A stretch of DNA of 63,852 nucleotides, the filler included, from Kipferlia bialata (Eukaryota), in assembly GCA_003568945.1 (NCBI GenBank). It is 6 parts of 6 records of this genome, joined end to end, with 100 filler letters (N's around TTAATTAATTAA, not from the genome) between each part and the next. Parts side by side here need not be neighbours in the genome. Positions count along the whole stretch, not along the records: positions 19,174 to 33,118 come from BDIP01000878.1; positions 33,219 to 47,161 come from BDIP01000879.1; 4 more parts are not named here. One strand, given 5' to 3'. Position 1 is the first letter of the stretch. The number at the start of each line of letters is the position of its first letter. The position numbers and the translations under genes are program-made. A model generated the notes under the pieces. It had not been told where the DNA came from, searched no databases, and was given only the letters and a program-made list of their open reading frames with translations. Positions 28,315 through 41,308 of the stretch are shown here, piece after piece.

Positions 28315-28584
28315 GCAGACTTCTACTCGTAGAGGAACATACACGGTGGGTTTGATGAGTGGGTGGATAGCAATAGAAACCAATAGGATTTGTGTCTCAG
28401 TATGACTATGATTGGTGAATATGGCAAGCAGAGTTGACACTGAACATGGAATATGTCACACACAGCAGTCTATTAGAGACCTCAATATGAGGATATACAC
28501 ACAATAATGCCAAGCCCAAAACTGCAACAGAGCTGACACATCACAATCCTCCACCCACTTACTCAGCATCAAAAGAGCCCCGTA

Positions 28585-30224
28585 CTAGAACCTAGCGTTG
28601 TGGGAAAACCCTGACAAGTCTTCACTCCCATTGGCGCCTGACGTTAGAATGTAGAAGTAGTATATGAGTATACCTGAAACACCCGTACCCTTAGCAGCCG
28701 CCATAATCTCCTCGACAGCCTCAGCACTCGCTATGTCCACTACCCCTGTGTTGTACCCCGGGACTGCCCCCTGCTCTATCAGCAGGGCTGACTCGTCCTT
28801 GGGTGTCTTCAGGGGAACAGCAGTGTAGCCCTCCCCACGCCTCTTTGGACGGCAGCAGCACCTGACGCAACACAGTGTTGCCCCCAGAGCCACTATGCAT
28901 ATCACAAGCACTAGGACAAGAGTCCAGAGGGGGTCACGTGCAGGGGTGGGAAGGACAGATGTGTAGTCACAGGAGAAGCCTGTTCCCCCGCATGGGCTGG
29001 AGTCTGTCTTGAACTCGAGGTACCAGCAGTTGATCGCAGAGCTGCTGCCAGACGTGTCAAGAGATAACCCGTATGTCTCTGAGATGGTGTTAGTGAGAGT
29101 ATCAATCAGGTATGGATGCGTCACTGTATGGGCAAAGTCACAGTGTGCACCATAGACGAGGAGAGTGTCAGTACGAGCACTGAGAGAGCCAGTGATAGAC
29201 ACGCTCACTGACTCCACGGAGTCAATGGGATGGACCACATACGTATCATCCTCACTGAAGGTGTAGCGGGTGTCAGTAATGGTCCCTGGGGGTTAAACTC
29301 TCTCGGTGGGGTACTAGTATGTCAAAGATCAGTGTATCCTCTCTAGACCTACCTAAATCATCAGTGATCACAGTGCTCTGCTCATATGGCTGCAAGACAT
29401 AGTCGCACTGGAACCCACTGAAGTCGTTGTTGGAGGGGCTTGGATCAAACTCCAGCACCAAACACTGACTGTCCCCATACACATTGATGGGGTCGAATGT
29501 GATGAAGTCCTGAATGTCCAGAGCCCCACTGTCGATGGAGACCTGAGACTTACTGAGGACAGTATCACCATCACAAGTGGCAGAGAACACGCGTAGGTAG
29601 TCAGCATTGGATTCAGTCTGACCGGAGCAAGTGACACTAGCTGCCAGTCTGTCCGGACACCTGGGGGTTGACACGCCACGTGCCCTTCTGGTTGGACACA
29701 TAGCGCTGGTTGGAGACGTTACCAGCTGTATCTGACAGGGTATACACCTCGGTGTCAAATGCAGTTGACGTGTAGGTACAAGAGAACCCACTTGCACCAA
29801 GATAGTCGGCGTCGGCACTAAACGCCAGACTCAAACAATTCCCATCATCGCCAAGGGTAGAGAACGCCACATCGTGGCTCATGGAGACCCTACCGTCCCC
29901 AGTGTCAATTAATGTGGTGCCTGTTACGGACTGGCCATCACAAGAGGCAGTGTAGAGGGATAGGGAGTCACCAGGCGCCGTCACACCGGCGCACTCGATC
30001 TGGATATCTGCCACATTCGCTGGTGCTATCACCCACTGTGTATCCTGGGCATTGTAGTAGTAGGGGTTGTCGATAGTCCCTGAGGGGTCGGCCAGGTACA
30101 CAGTACCCTCAGTGGTGGTGGGTAGGTGGGAGGTGTAGTCGCAGGAGAAGCCTGTCCCCGTACACTCACTGTCGAGGGTGTCAAACTGCAGATACCAGCA
30201 TCCTGTTGTGCTTGCACTGGTCAC
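28585..30224 (-). pseudogene. Tandem CUB-like domain, single-pass membrane protein; 5'-truncated, one frameshift near 29645
   Basis: Three full ~125-aa repeats plus part of a fourth (GTI.N..Y..N....W.I.P ... D.L.+Y.A.CD ... C..L.F..D.....GFSCDY). Then a TM segment (LWTLVLVLVICIVALGATL) and a Cys-rich juxtamembrane segment. ORFs 29637-30224 and 29273-29818 join only through a frame change. No signal peptide or start exon is present. Confidence 0.7.
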
Positions 30225-30446
30225 AGTATCCGGCTAAAATCCAATTGCCCGGTCTCATCAGAAGACCCCTCCGGGTATACATGAAGGATACATCACATGA
30301 GTAAGAGTGAGAAGATGATGAAGCACAGTAGTCTATCGACTCCCAAGTGAATACTGAGAATGGAGGCCAGTTGGGGTTGAGTGTGAGTCTATAGTGCTCG
30401 ACAAACCCTCCAACAACACCTATGACAACATTCATCATATGGCCGG

Positions 30447-31460
30447 TCACTCCCTGCTATTCCCTCCACTAGATATAGCCTCTACCCCCATATCCACACA
30501 CACTGCATCCATGGATGGCTCTGCCCCCTTAAGATCAGGACAAGGGCCGGCATAGGAGGCGACCTCCTGGGGGTTAGAGTCATAACAACTATATAACACA
30601 GGAAAACATAGTACAGGCAAGTCTCCCACACATACAATCACTATTCATTTGTGTATTTCCTCACCTTGAGTGACCCCCTTGAACTTGGGTCCCTAGCAGC
30701 AGAGGCATAGTCCCTGTGGGGTGAGAGTGCAACGACATATACAGTACTTAGAAGGGGCACACATCATACCACCTCGTATATATGATACCTTGTTATGGGA
30801 TGCGTGGGTCCATTGGTATACACACTGTGCTGGTAACAAAGCTGCAGGTATCCTATCACCAAGTCAGGCCTATGAATCGCAGCCGCAGCCTGAGGTCACT
30901 GCCTGATCCGAATAGTGTCATCCAAGATACACACATGCATAGGTAATATAGCTTGTGTACCATATATACATACATCGCTAGGCCGCCGCACTCTACCTGG
31001 AATAGATGAGTGTATGCGCCATACAATAGGTTCGAATTGCCCCGAAACTCCTTCTGGGGTCAGGTTACTGTCTTGGATCACTCACACACAACAATGACCC
31101 ACGTAGCATCTTCATCTCACTGGTGGGGTACGCAGTTCCATTGTGTCACCGATCCCAACCTGTCCCGTGATCCCTACAGAGTATATACACACATATATGT
31201 ATGCCTCACCTCTACAATGTCTAGGAACCGCAGTCCATACTCATAGCACTTCTGGTACTGCCCTGTGCATATGCAGGGCTCAAACTCAGCCTGACACAGC
31301 TGGGGTTGACAGGGTTAAAGACCATGTGCGGGTATCATATATGACCGGAACAATACGGTTCTCTCTAACACTCAACTCAGTCTGACAGGTTGGCATTGCA
31401 CACAGGCGCTAACAATAACAGCGGATAAAGTATCTCGTTCTGTCTCACCATGAACCCAGT
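30447..31460 (-). pseudogene. Strongly decayed paralog of the CUB-TM gene
   Basis: Remnants with stops: TGFMVRQNEILYPLLLLAPVCNAN..*..SGHI*YPHMVFNPVNPSCVRLSL, GITGQVGIGDTMELRTP, and the juxtamembrane-like GLCLCC*GPKFKG. These resemble the repeats of the neighbouring CUB gene. Confidence 0.45.
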
Positions 31461-31570
31461 CTTGATACCTGCATCTCTACCCGAATTTAGAGTGTATATG
31501 CGAGGCAATAATTCTAGTATAAACACCACAGTGATTATTGGTCCTTCTAGTCTCTGACTTCTCTACATAC

Positions 31571-32942
31571 CTGCATCTCTGCCCGTATAGCGTCACTCTG
31601 GGCCAGAGCCTAGCGTGAGCGCCAAGGTACACTTAGATGATATGTTACTGATGATATCATGACAAGAGTTGCGTACCACTGCACTACTATTGTCCACCCA
31701 CCTCTGGCTCCAGTGAGCATCAATCAATTACATGACAGGATAGCAGAGGTAATATATATAGTAATCTTAAGCCAAAGTAGTCAGCCCACCCACCTCTGGC
31801 TCCAGTGAGCATGTCTCACAGCCACAGTCAAACTTCCACCCTTGCTTGAGCCAGCCCTGCCGCTGTGCACTGGGGCCTGGGTCAGGATAATCAGTGTCAG
31901 TGTCAGTATATGTATCACTATCAGACATACTGGTTCCCTGAACTCTGTGCACCATACTGACGGTACCTGTGTAGTCTTTCAAGTAGGATATGCACAGCTC
32001 CTCTCCCTCTGATATGTCTCTGACAGCTCGACTGGTCTGGGGGTGGGAGGGTGACACTTGCCGCACTCTCAACAAGAACACAACGAAAGAGAGCCTGTCG
32101 GTACTATTCAGAATACACACAAATATATATATATACATACCATGTCCCCATTCTCTTGGTGTCTCTGGGTGACATTGGGGCAGCAGGAGTGGTTGAATCT
32201 GATAGTGAATACATGAGATTGTGGAAGTATAATAGAATCTATCGGCGAGGGCAACCAATATATATCGCACACATGTATGCAATTGAATAGTACCCATAAT
32301 CCAATTCATGTACAGTAATACATGTGCTTCTCAGTGAGTCTAAAGCCCACTGATACATCGCATATGTAACATTTATATCATTGGGCAAAGAATAATCATG
32401 CCCAGGTATATACAAATGTCAGTGAGGCAAACCACACTGAGTTATAGCCTATGTAGTGTATAGACCAGTGAGTGATGCGCTGAATAGTACTAACACCCTC
32501 ACCTAGAGGTCATGCTCAGGTACACCTCTGTCATGAACGTGCCACCAATGTCTCGGCCAAAGGACTGGGGGTATCAGTATCTATACACATGTATATAAGA
32601 GACTGATACTGATGCTGATACTGTGACATCAATGTCTCGGCCAAAGGACTGGGGGGGAGGGGGGAGGGGGAACAGGAGAGAGGGGAATAGGAGAGAGAGG
32701 GTTGGTGACTCACATTTGTACCCACTATACCCTCTGCTGTCTTTGGTCCATCCCCACAGCCACAGTCAGATAGAGACCAGAACAGGGACCTGAGGGTGAT
32801 ATATGTATAAGAGCAGAAGAAACATATGCTCGTGTACCTGTCCTCAGGTGAGAGTGCCTCCAGCTGCTCTGTCACATCAGCCCCCTTGGGATACACTAGC
32901 CTAGGGGTCTCACTCACTAGGAGGGTGCCACGGGGGATGGCC
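31571..32942 (-). CDS. SET-domain lysine methyltransferase (SMYD/Set5-like); 5' cut by a contig end, 3' end not found
   Basis: AIPRGTLLVSETP, SRFNHSCCPNV, RAVRDISEGEELCISY and the post-SET motif WKFDCGCETC. Confidence 0.88.
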
Positions 32943-33218
32943 TGGGGGGGGAGAGGGTGGAGAGAGAAAGGAAGAGAAGGAAGAGAGAGAGTGAGGGGGG
33001 GGGGGGCAGAGAGAGAATGAGAAATTATGAAGGTGAGGAGCCAGCTAGCAGTCAGAGGGAGAGGGAAAGGCAGATGGTGGGGGGGGGGGGGGGGGGGGGG
33101 GGGAAAGAGAGGGGGAGANNNNNNNNNNNNNNNNNNNNNNNNNNNNNNNNNNNNNNNNNNNNTTAATTAATTAANNNNNNNNNNNNNNNNNNNNNNNNNN
33201 NNNNNNNNNNNNNNNNNN

Positions 33219-33272
<54 letters not shown>

Positions 33273-33274
33273 TA

Positions 33275-34709
33275 CATATCCTCCAGGGTGGACAGCAGGG
33301 TGGAGACCTCGGCCTAACAGTTAGTAGTATACTAGTAAGCACCACACGTGTTAATAAGTGTTATATGCAATGTACGAAGTGTTTCATCAAGGGTGGAGAC
33401 CTCGGCCTGGTATAAGTATTATGATAAAGATTTGTATAGACTATACACATATACACATATACACATAACAGGAGCTTGGAGACCTCGGCCAGGAGCGTTA
33501 GCCTGTTAGATATACACATATATGCACTGTATACCAAGTCGTATGATGTTCTTATGGTCTGGATATGCATGATTATATACACTGTTATATACCTTAAGAG
33601 ACTGTATCTCTGCCTGCACTGCCTGTCTGGGTGCAGACATGGGATATATAGCATAGTATATATACTAAATACACTACTATATATAGTATATACACTTACT
33701 ATATAATGCACCTTCAGACTCTGTATCTCTGCCTGCACTGCCTGTCTGGGTGCAGACATAGGTGAGGACACACAGGGGTCAGAGGGAGAGACACCCTGAG
33801 AATAAGGGTGCAGAGAGAGAGAGAGAGATGTGAGGACACACAAGTGTCAGAGGGAGATACACCCTAGGGTAAGTGGTATTATTCACAGTACATATACACT
33901 ATACCCCTTACCTCCAGTCTTTTCTGCAGGGCAGCCAGGTGCTGTTGCTCGGCAAAGAGCTAAGGGGTTAGATATAAAAGAATACACACACATACACTGA
34001 CTGAGGGAGTGGGTGAGAGAGAGATAAAGAGACACAGGTGCTGCTCGGCAAAGAGCTGGGAGTAAGATGTATACAAATATGTAGAGAGACATATATATCT
34101 ATAGAGAAAGAGAAATAGAGAGAGATACCTTGCCTCTCAGTGACTGTCCCATTATGCCTTTCTATTTCTCTCTCAATATACATAAACAATTTCACATGTG
34201 TATATACAGTGTCTATACCTTCTCTCTCTATATATACATCCATACCTTCTCTCTCAGTGCCTGCCCCATCTTCTTCTCTCTCTGCAGGGACTCATCAAGA
34301 CGCAGGGCACCCCTGAAGATAAGAAATTCGATTACGGATAGGGACTAGATCCAAACTAGACAGCGTCTAGGCATGCACAACGTATCACCCCCACATATAT
34401 GTTCATATCTATCTATATATATAGATACTGTACCTGGTGAACATGTTGACCAGCCGTCTCTCTCTCTCTCTCTCTCTTGCTCCTTATAGATTTAAAACAA
34501 TACATGCCTTGTAAACATGTATATGAGTAAACACATATATATTGCTATTATATATGTAATAATACTATTCTATCCCACTCTAATGACCTCGTGAACATGT
34601 TGACCAGCCATCCACCTCTCTCTCTCTCCCCCCCCCCAATATATACACAACAATATACACCCTACCCTCTCTCTATACCGTGTTAACATGTTGACCAGCC
34701 ATCTGTCGT

Positions 34710-34757
<48 letters not shown>

Positions 34758-35918
34758 GTACTCATATATATATCTCTCTATACCTCGTGAACATGTTGAC
34801 CAGCCATCTGTCATCCTTGTTGAGTGCAGACAGCAGNNNNNNNNNNNNNNNNNNNNNNNNNNNNNNNNNNNNNNNNNNNNNNNNNNNNNNNNNNNNNNNN
34901 NNNNNNNNNNNNNNNNNNNNNNNNNNNNNNNNNNNNNNNNNNNNNNNNNNNNNNNNNNNNNNNNNNNNNNNNNNNNNNNNNNNNNNNNNNNNNNNNNNNN
35001 NNNNNNNNNNNNNNNNNNNNNNNNNNNNNNNNNNNNNNNNNNNNNNNNNNNNNNNNNNNNNNNNNNNNNNNNNNNNNNNNNNNNNNNNNNNNNNNNNNNN
35101 NNNNNNNNNNNNNNNNNNNNNNNNNNNNNNNNNNNNNNNNNNNNNNNNNNNNNNNNNNNNNNNNNNNNNNNNNNNNNNNNNNNNNNNNNNNNNNNNNNNN
35201 NNNNNNNNNNNNNNNNNNNNNNNNNNNNNNNNNNNNNNNNNNNNNNNNNNNNNNNNNNNNNNNNNNNNNNNNNNNNNNNNNNNNNNNNNNNNNNNNNNNN
35301 NNNNNNNNNNNNNNNNNNNNNNNNNNNNNNNNNNNNNNNNNNNNNNNNNNNNNNNNNNNNNNNNNNNNNNNNNNNNNNNNNNNNNNNNNNNNNNNNNNNN
35401 NNNNNNNNNNNNNNNNNNNNNNNNNNNNNNNNNNNNNNNNNNNNNNNNNNNNNNNNNNNNNNNNNNNNNNNNNNNNNNNNNNNNNNNNNNNNNNNNNNNN
35501 NNNNNNNNNNNNNNNNNNNNNNNNNNNNNNNNNNNNNNNNNNNNNNNNNNNNNNNNNNNNNNNNNNNNNNNNNNNNNNNNNNNNNNNNNNNNNNNNNNNN
35601 NNNNNNNNNNNNNNNNNNNNNNNNNNNNNNNNNNNNNNNNNNNNNNNNNNNNNNNNNNNNNNNNNNNNNNNNNNNNNNNNNNNNNNNNNNNNNNNNNNNN
35701 NNNNNNNNNNNNNNNNNNNNNNNNNNNNNNNNNNNNNNNNNNNNNNNNNNNNNNNNNNNNNNNNNNNNNNNNNNNNNNNNNNNNNNNNNNNNNNNNNNNN
35801 NNNNNNNNNNNNNNTGTAATACCTTCCTCGCCCTCCCTGTCCCCCTCAAAGAGCTCCTTCATGTCCTGCATGGCAGAGACCTCACTGGAGAGGGTAAGGT
35901 TAGAGGCTAGTGTTAGAT

Positions 35919-35954
<36 letters not shown>

Positions 35955-36402
35955 CCTTCATGTCTTGCATGGCAGACACCTCAGAGGATAGGGTAAGGTT
36001 AGATGCTGATATCAGTATCAGTATATAGTATATATATACTATATATATATATATATATAAATATATGTATATATACTTCATGTCCTGCATGGCAGACACC
36101 TCGGAGGACAAGGCGGAGTTAGACGCTGGTATTAGTATATATATATATATATGTATATACATTATATATATATATATATATATATTAGTATTCATATTAG
36201 TATAATATGTGTATTCATGTCTTGCATGGCAGACACCTCACTGGAGAGGGTAAGGTTAGAGGCTGGGGTTAGTATATACATATATATATACATTATATAT
36301 ATTAATATTCATACATATATATAACATGTATGTATATGTATATACTTCATGTCCTGCATGGCAGAGACCTCGGAGGATAGAGTGGCATTAGAGGCTGATA
36401 TT

Positions 36403-36454
<52 letters not shown>

Positions 36455-36575
36455 CCTGCATGGCAGACACCTCAGAGGATAGGTACAGGTTAGAGGCTGG
36501 TATTAGAATAGATAGATAGAAAGAGAGACAGAGAGAGAATATACATTCACCCTCCTCTTTCTACTTCAGACACTG

Positions 36576-36619
<44 letters not shown>

Positions 36620-36624
36620 CCTCC

Positions 36625-36662
<38 letters not shown>

Positions 36663-36731
36663 ATATATATATATCTATATACATATAACTATACACTCAC
36701 CCTCTGCCTCCTGCATCTTGTTCAGCAGAGC

Positions 36732-36783
<52 letters not shown>

Positions 36784-38004
36784 CAATATACATATATCTA
36801 TACACTCACCCTCTGCCTCCTGCATCTTGTTCAGAAGGGCCTCTCTCTCTGCCTCCTCCCTCAGTCTCTCTCTCTCCATCTCCTCAGTCAGGGCATCCTG
36901 GTGTGAGAACAACGATACTAGAGTATATAGATAATCATACATACTATATGTAGATACTAGAGTATATAGATAATCATACATCCTATATATGTATAATAAT
37001 TGCATACATACCCTCTCCTCAGTCAGGGCATCCTAGGTGTGAGAAGTATTTGTATACTACATATGCAGTAGACTCATAAACACTATATACAATAAGGATA
37101 AGTATATACATCCTTATACATATGAATATGCCCTCTCCTCAGTCAGAGCATCCTGGTGTGAGATGTACACATATATAGAGTATATACACTTAGTATAAGT
37201 ATATAACTCATATACATACCCTCTCAGTGTGGTGCTGCATATGTATATGTAGTAGATTCATATATTCATATAAGTATATAAGTATATACAATATATATAC
37301 ACATATATATACACATATATACATACCCTCTCAGTGTGGTGCTCAGTCTTGAGGGTCTTGACCTCGGCCTGGGAGTTAGTTATATATGTATATATACATA
37401 CACATATATACATATACATATGTATATATATATAGAGAGAGAGAGAGAGAGGTGCTCTGTCTTGAGGGTCTTGACCTCGGCCTGGGGTTAGACACACACA
37501 CATTTGTACATAACTACAAATAGAGAGAGAGAGAGAGAGGTCTTGACCTCGGCCTGGGAGTTATTTATATGTACATACATATATATACACACACATACAC
37601 ATATATATATTCTATATACATACTATACATACCTTGTGCTCCGTCCTGATGGTCTCAACCTCTATATATAGATATATATATATAGATATATATATACCTA
37701 TGTATATGTAACTATCCATACATGTATATGTGTCTATCTCTCTATACCTTGTGCTCCGTCCTGATGGTCTCAACCTCAGCCTGGTGCACAGTCTGATATT
37801 AAGGGTGTAGAGGGGGAGAGAGAGAATTCATATGAATATATATGGATGTATAGTAGAGAGAGAGGGAGAGAGAGAAGCTGATGGTCTCAACCTCAGCCTG
37901 GTGCACAGTCTAGGGGTGAGACAGAAGACATATGTGTATATATGTATATGCAATAGCACACAGATGTACATCTATCTCCTCTCACTCTGTCTCCATGTGC
38001 TGTA

Positions 38005-38040
<36 letters not shown>

Positions 38041-39255
38041 CATATATACATATATACATATATATATCATACTATTGCTATTTATCTAAGTACCTCTATC
38101 TCCTCAATCTCCTTCCTGTGCTCTGTCTCAATGTGCTGTATCTCTCTCTCTCTATATGCATATGTATCTATATATCTATATATCTAAGTACCTCAATCTC
38201 CTCTATCTCCTTCCTGTGCTCTGTCTCAATGTGCTGTATCTCTCTCTCTATATATATCAATATATATATACTATAGTATATATCTAAGTACCTCCATGTG
38301 CTGTATCTCCTCCTTGTGAACCTTCTTAAGGGTCACAACCTCGGCCTGAAGTGTCAGATACGTATGATACTGACACTAAATATAAACTATATATACTATA
38401 ACTATACAACTATATATCTATAAGTAAGTATCTCCTCCTTGTGCACCTGCTTCAGAGTCACAACCTCGGCCTGGGGTCAGATATGTATGATACTATTACC
38501 ACAAATATACTATACTATATACGCTATATCAACACATTAGTAAATATACTCCTTGTGGACCTTCTTAAGGGTCACAACCTCGGCCTAGGGGGTTAGCCAT
38601 GTATGATATTTACACTTCATATATATATTATACAAAATATCAACATACATGTATATATATATACACTCACTAATTGTGCACCTTCTTCAGAGTCACAACC
38701 TCGGCCTAGAGGGTAAGAATATATATATACATATATACATACATTATCAACTATATCCATACACATATATATACTCCTTGTGCACCTTCTTCAGAGTCAC
38801 AACCTCGGCCTAGATAGTTAGCTATGTATCATATTATTACTTCATATACAATATACTATATCAACAAATACATCTATATATATATACATAAATATATATA
38901 CTCCTTGTGCACCTTCTTCAGAGTCACAACCTCGGCCTAGGGGGTAAGAAGGTATATACAATATGAATACCATATATACTCAAAGAGACGTATACACTGC
39001 ACTCTTACATATTGTACTCTCACATATACATATATACACAACCCCTTTCCATTTCCTTTCTATACAAACATGCATGAACACACCTTCACAGCCGCAATGG
39101 TGCTATCTCTCTCCATCAGATCATGTATACATACATACACACACACACACTCTCTATCTATCTAATAGCAGTATACCTTCACACTTGCTATGGTACTGTC
39201 CCTCTCCATCACATCACTCTCCATCTTCATCAGATCATATATATATACATACTAT

Positions 39256-39286
<31 letters not shown>

Positions 39287-39572
39287 AAGGTATATACTGC
39301 ATGTACCTTCACACTTGCTATCTGTGAGTCTCTCTCCATGACGTCACTCTCCGTCAGATCATGTATACATACATATACACACATACTCTATATCTATCTA
39401 ATAGCAGTATACCTTGACTGCTGCTATAGTACTGTCCCTCTCCATGACATCACTCTCCATCTCCATCAGACCATCTGTGAGTCTCTCTCCATGACGTCAC
39501 TCTCCATCTCCATAAGGTCAGCCTCCAGACTGGCGACCTCGTCCTGGTGCTCAGCCTGATAATAAGGGTGTA

Positions 39573-39608
<36 letters not shown>

Positions 39609-39731
39609 CTTGGTTAGATATCAGGTATATATGTATATATGTGTAATACTATATATATATATATATATATCAGGTATACATATACACTAACTAACCTGCA
39701 CTTGTGCCATCTCGACCTCTGCCTTCTTCTG

Positions 39732-39766
<35 letters not shown>

Positions 39767-41277
39767 AGTGTATATACTAGTATATAGTATACCATAGTGT
39801 CTATACCTGCACTTGAGCCATCTCCACCTCGGCCTTCTTCTGCACTGCCGCTATCTGGTGGGTGTGCTCAACCTAGGATTAGTACATATAGACACCATAT
39901 ATATATACAATACATGTAGATAGCTATCTATATATGGAATATGATAGGTCAATGCATATAGTGGAATCTTATGCATATTAGGTAAAATAATATATTGACA
40001 CAGAAATTCCATACATATACCCACCTTGAGCGTGTCAATCTCGATGGAGTGGTCACTCCGCAGGGTGTTGAGCTTGTCAAGGTTGAGGGTCTAGGGTTAG
40101 AGATACATAGAACACACATATACACACAATACAATATAAAAGTATTTAATACAATATACACACTATAGTAGTATTCGCATGGTGTTGAGCTTGTCCAGAT
40201 TGAGGGTCTAGGGTTAGTTAATCGATACATCAATAATATAAGTAATAATTATATGTATTATCATACACATGAAGAGAGTGTCGAATTTGTCAAGGTTCAG
40301 GGTCTGAAGGGAGGTATATAATGTCACAAACAAATACAGCGATATCGTTGTACTCTCTCAGTACCTCTATGACCCTGACTGTCTCCACGTGCTGTGTCTG
40401 CAGGGCAGCATATACATACATATATATATGTAATAATACACTATAGTACAGCCTATATTTCATATATATTTTCATACATCTATATATACATCTATATAAC
40501 ACATTATATACATACCTCTATGACCCTGACTGTCTCCACGTGCTGTGTCTGTAGGGCAGCTAGGGCCGCAAAGTGCTCGGTCTCCTATGTATTAGAGGGA
40601 GAGAGGGAGAAAGAGAGAGAGAGTCAGTATATACACAAATACAATCATTAACAATATACATGTACATACCGACTCCCTCTCTATGTCCTCGTGGTGCTTC
40701 TCTCTCTCTCTCTCTCTCTCTACATATATACATGACAGTCTATATATACCACTGTACATACCGACTCCCTCTCTATGTCCTCGTGCTGCTTCCCTCTCTC
40801 TCTCTCTCTCTCTCTCCATATATATCTGTCTATATATACCACTGTACATACCGACTCCCTCTCTATGTCCTCGTGGTGCTTCTCTCTCTCTCTCCCTCTC
40901 TCCATATATACATAACAGTCTATAAGCAGGGTACATACCGACTCCCTCTCTATGTCCTCGTGGTGCTTCTCAAGAGCAGTCAGGGTCTCGTCCTTCTTGA
41001 CCTGCGGTTAAAGGGTGTAGAGAGAGAGAGAGAGAGAGAGTCATGATCATTCTTGACCTAGAAGGTAAGGGAGGGCATACACATATATACGCCTATAATA
41101 CTACATGGATATATAGAGAGAGAGACTGGGCGTAATAGGGCAGTCAGGGTCTCGTCCTTCTTGACCTAAGGTTAAAGGGTGTAGAGACAGAGACAGAGAG
41201 AGAGAGAGATGGTAAGAGAGAGAGATGGTAGTCGAGGTCTCGTCCTTCTTGACCTATGATTAAAGGGTGTAGAGAGA

Positions 41278-41308
<31 letters not shown>

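Noticed and set aside
34683..36195. Long ORFs of 331-477 aa in the track
   Set aside because: They are open only because they cross the 978-bp N gap.
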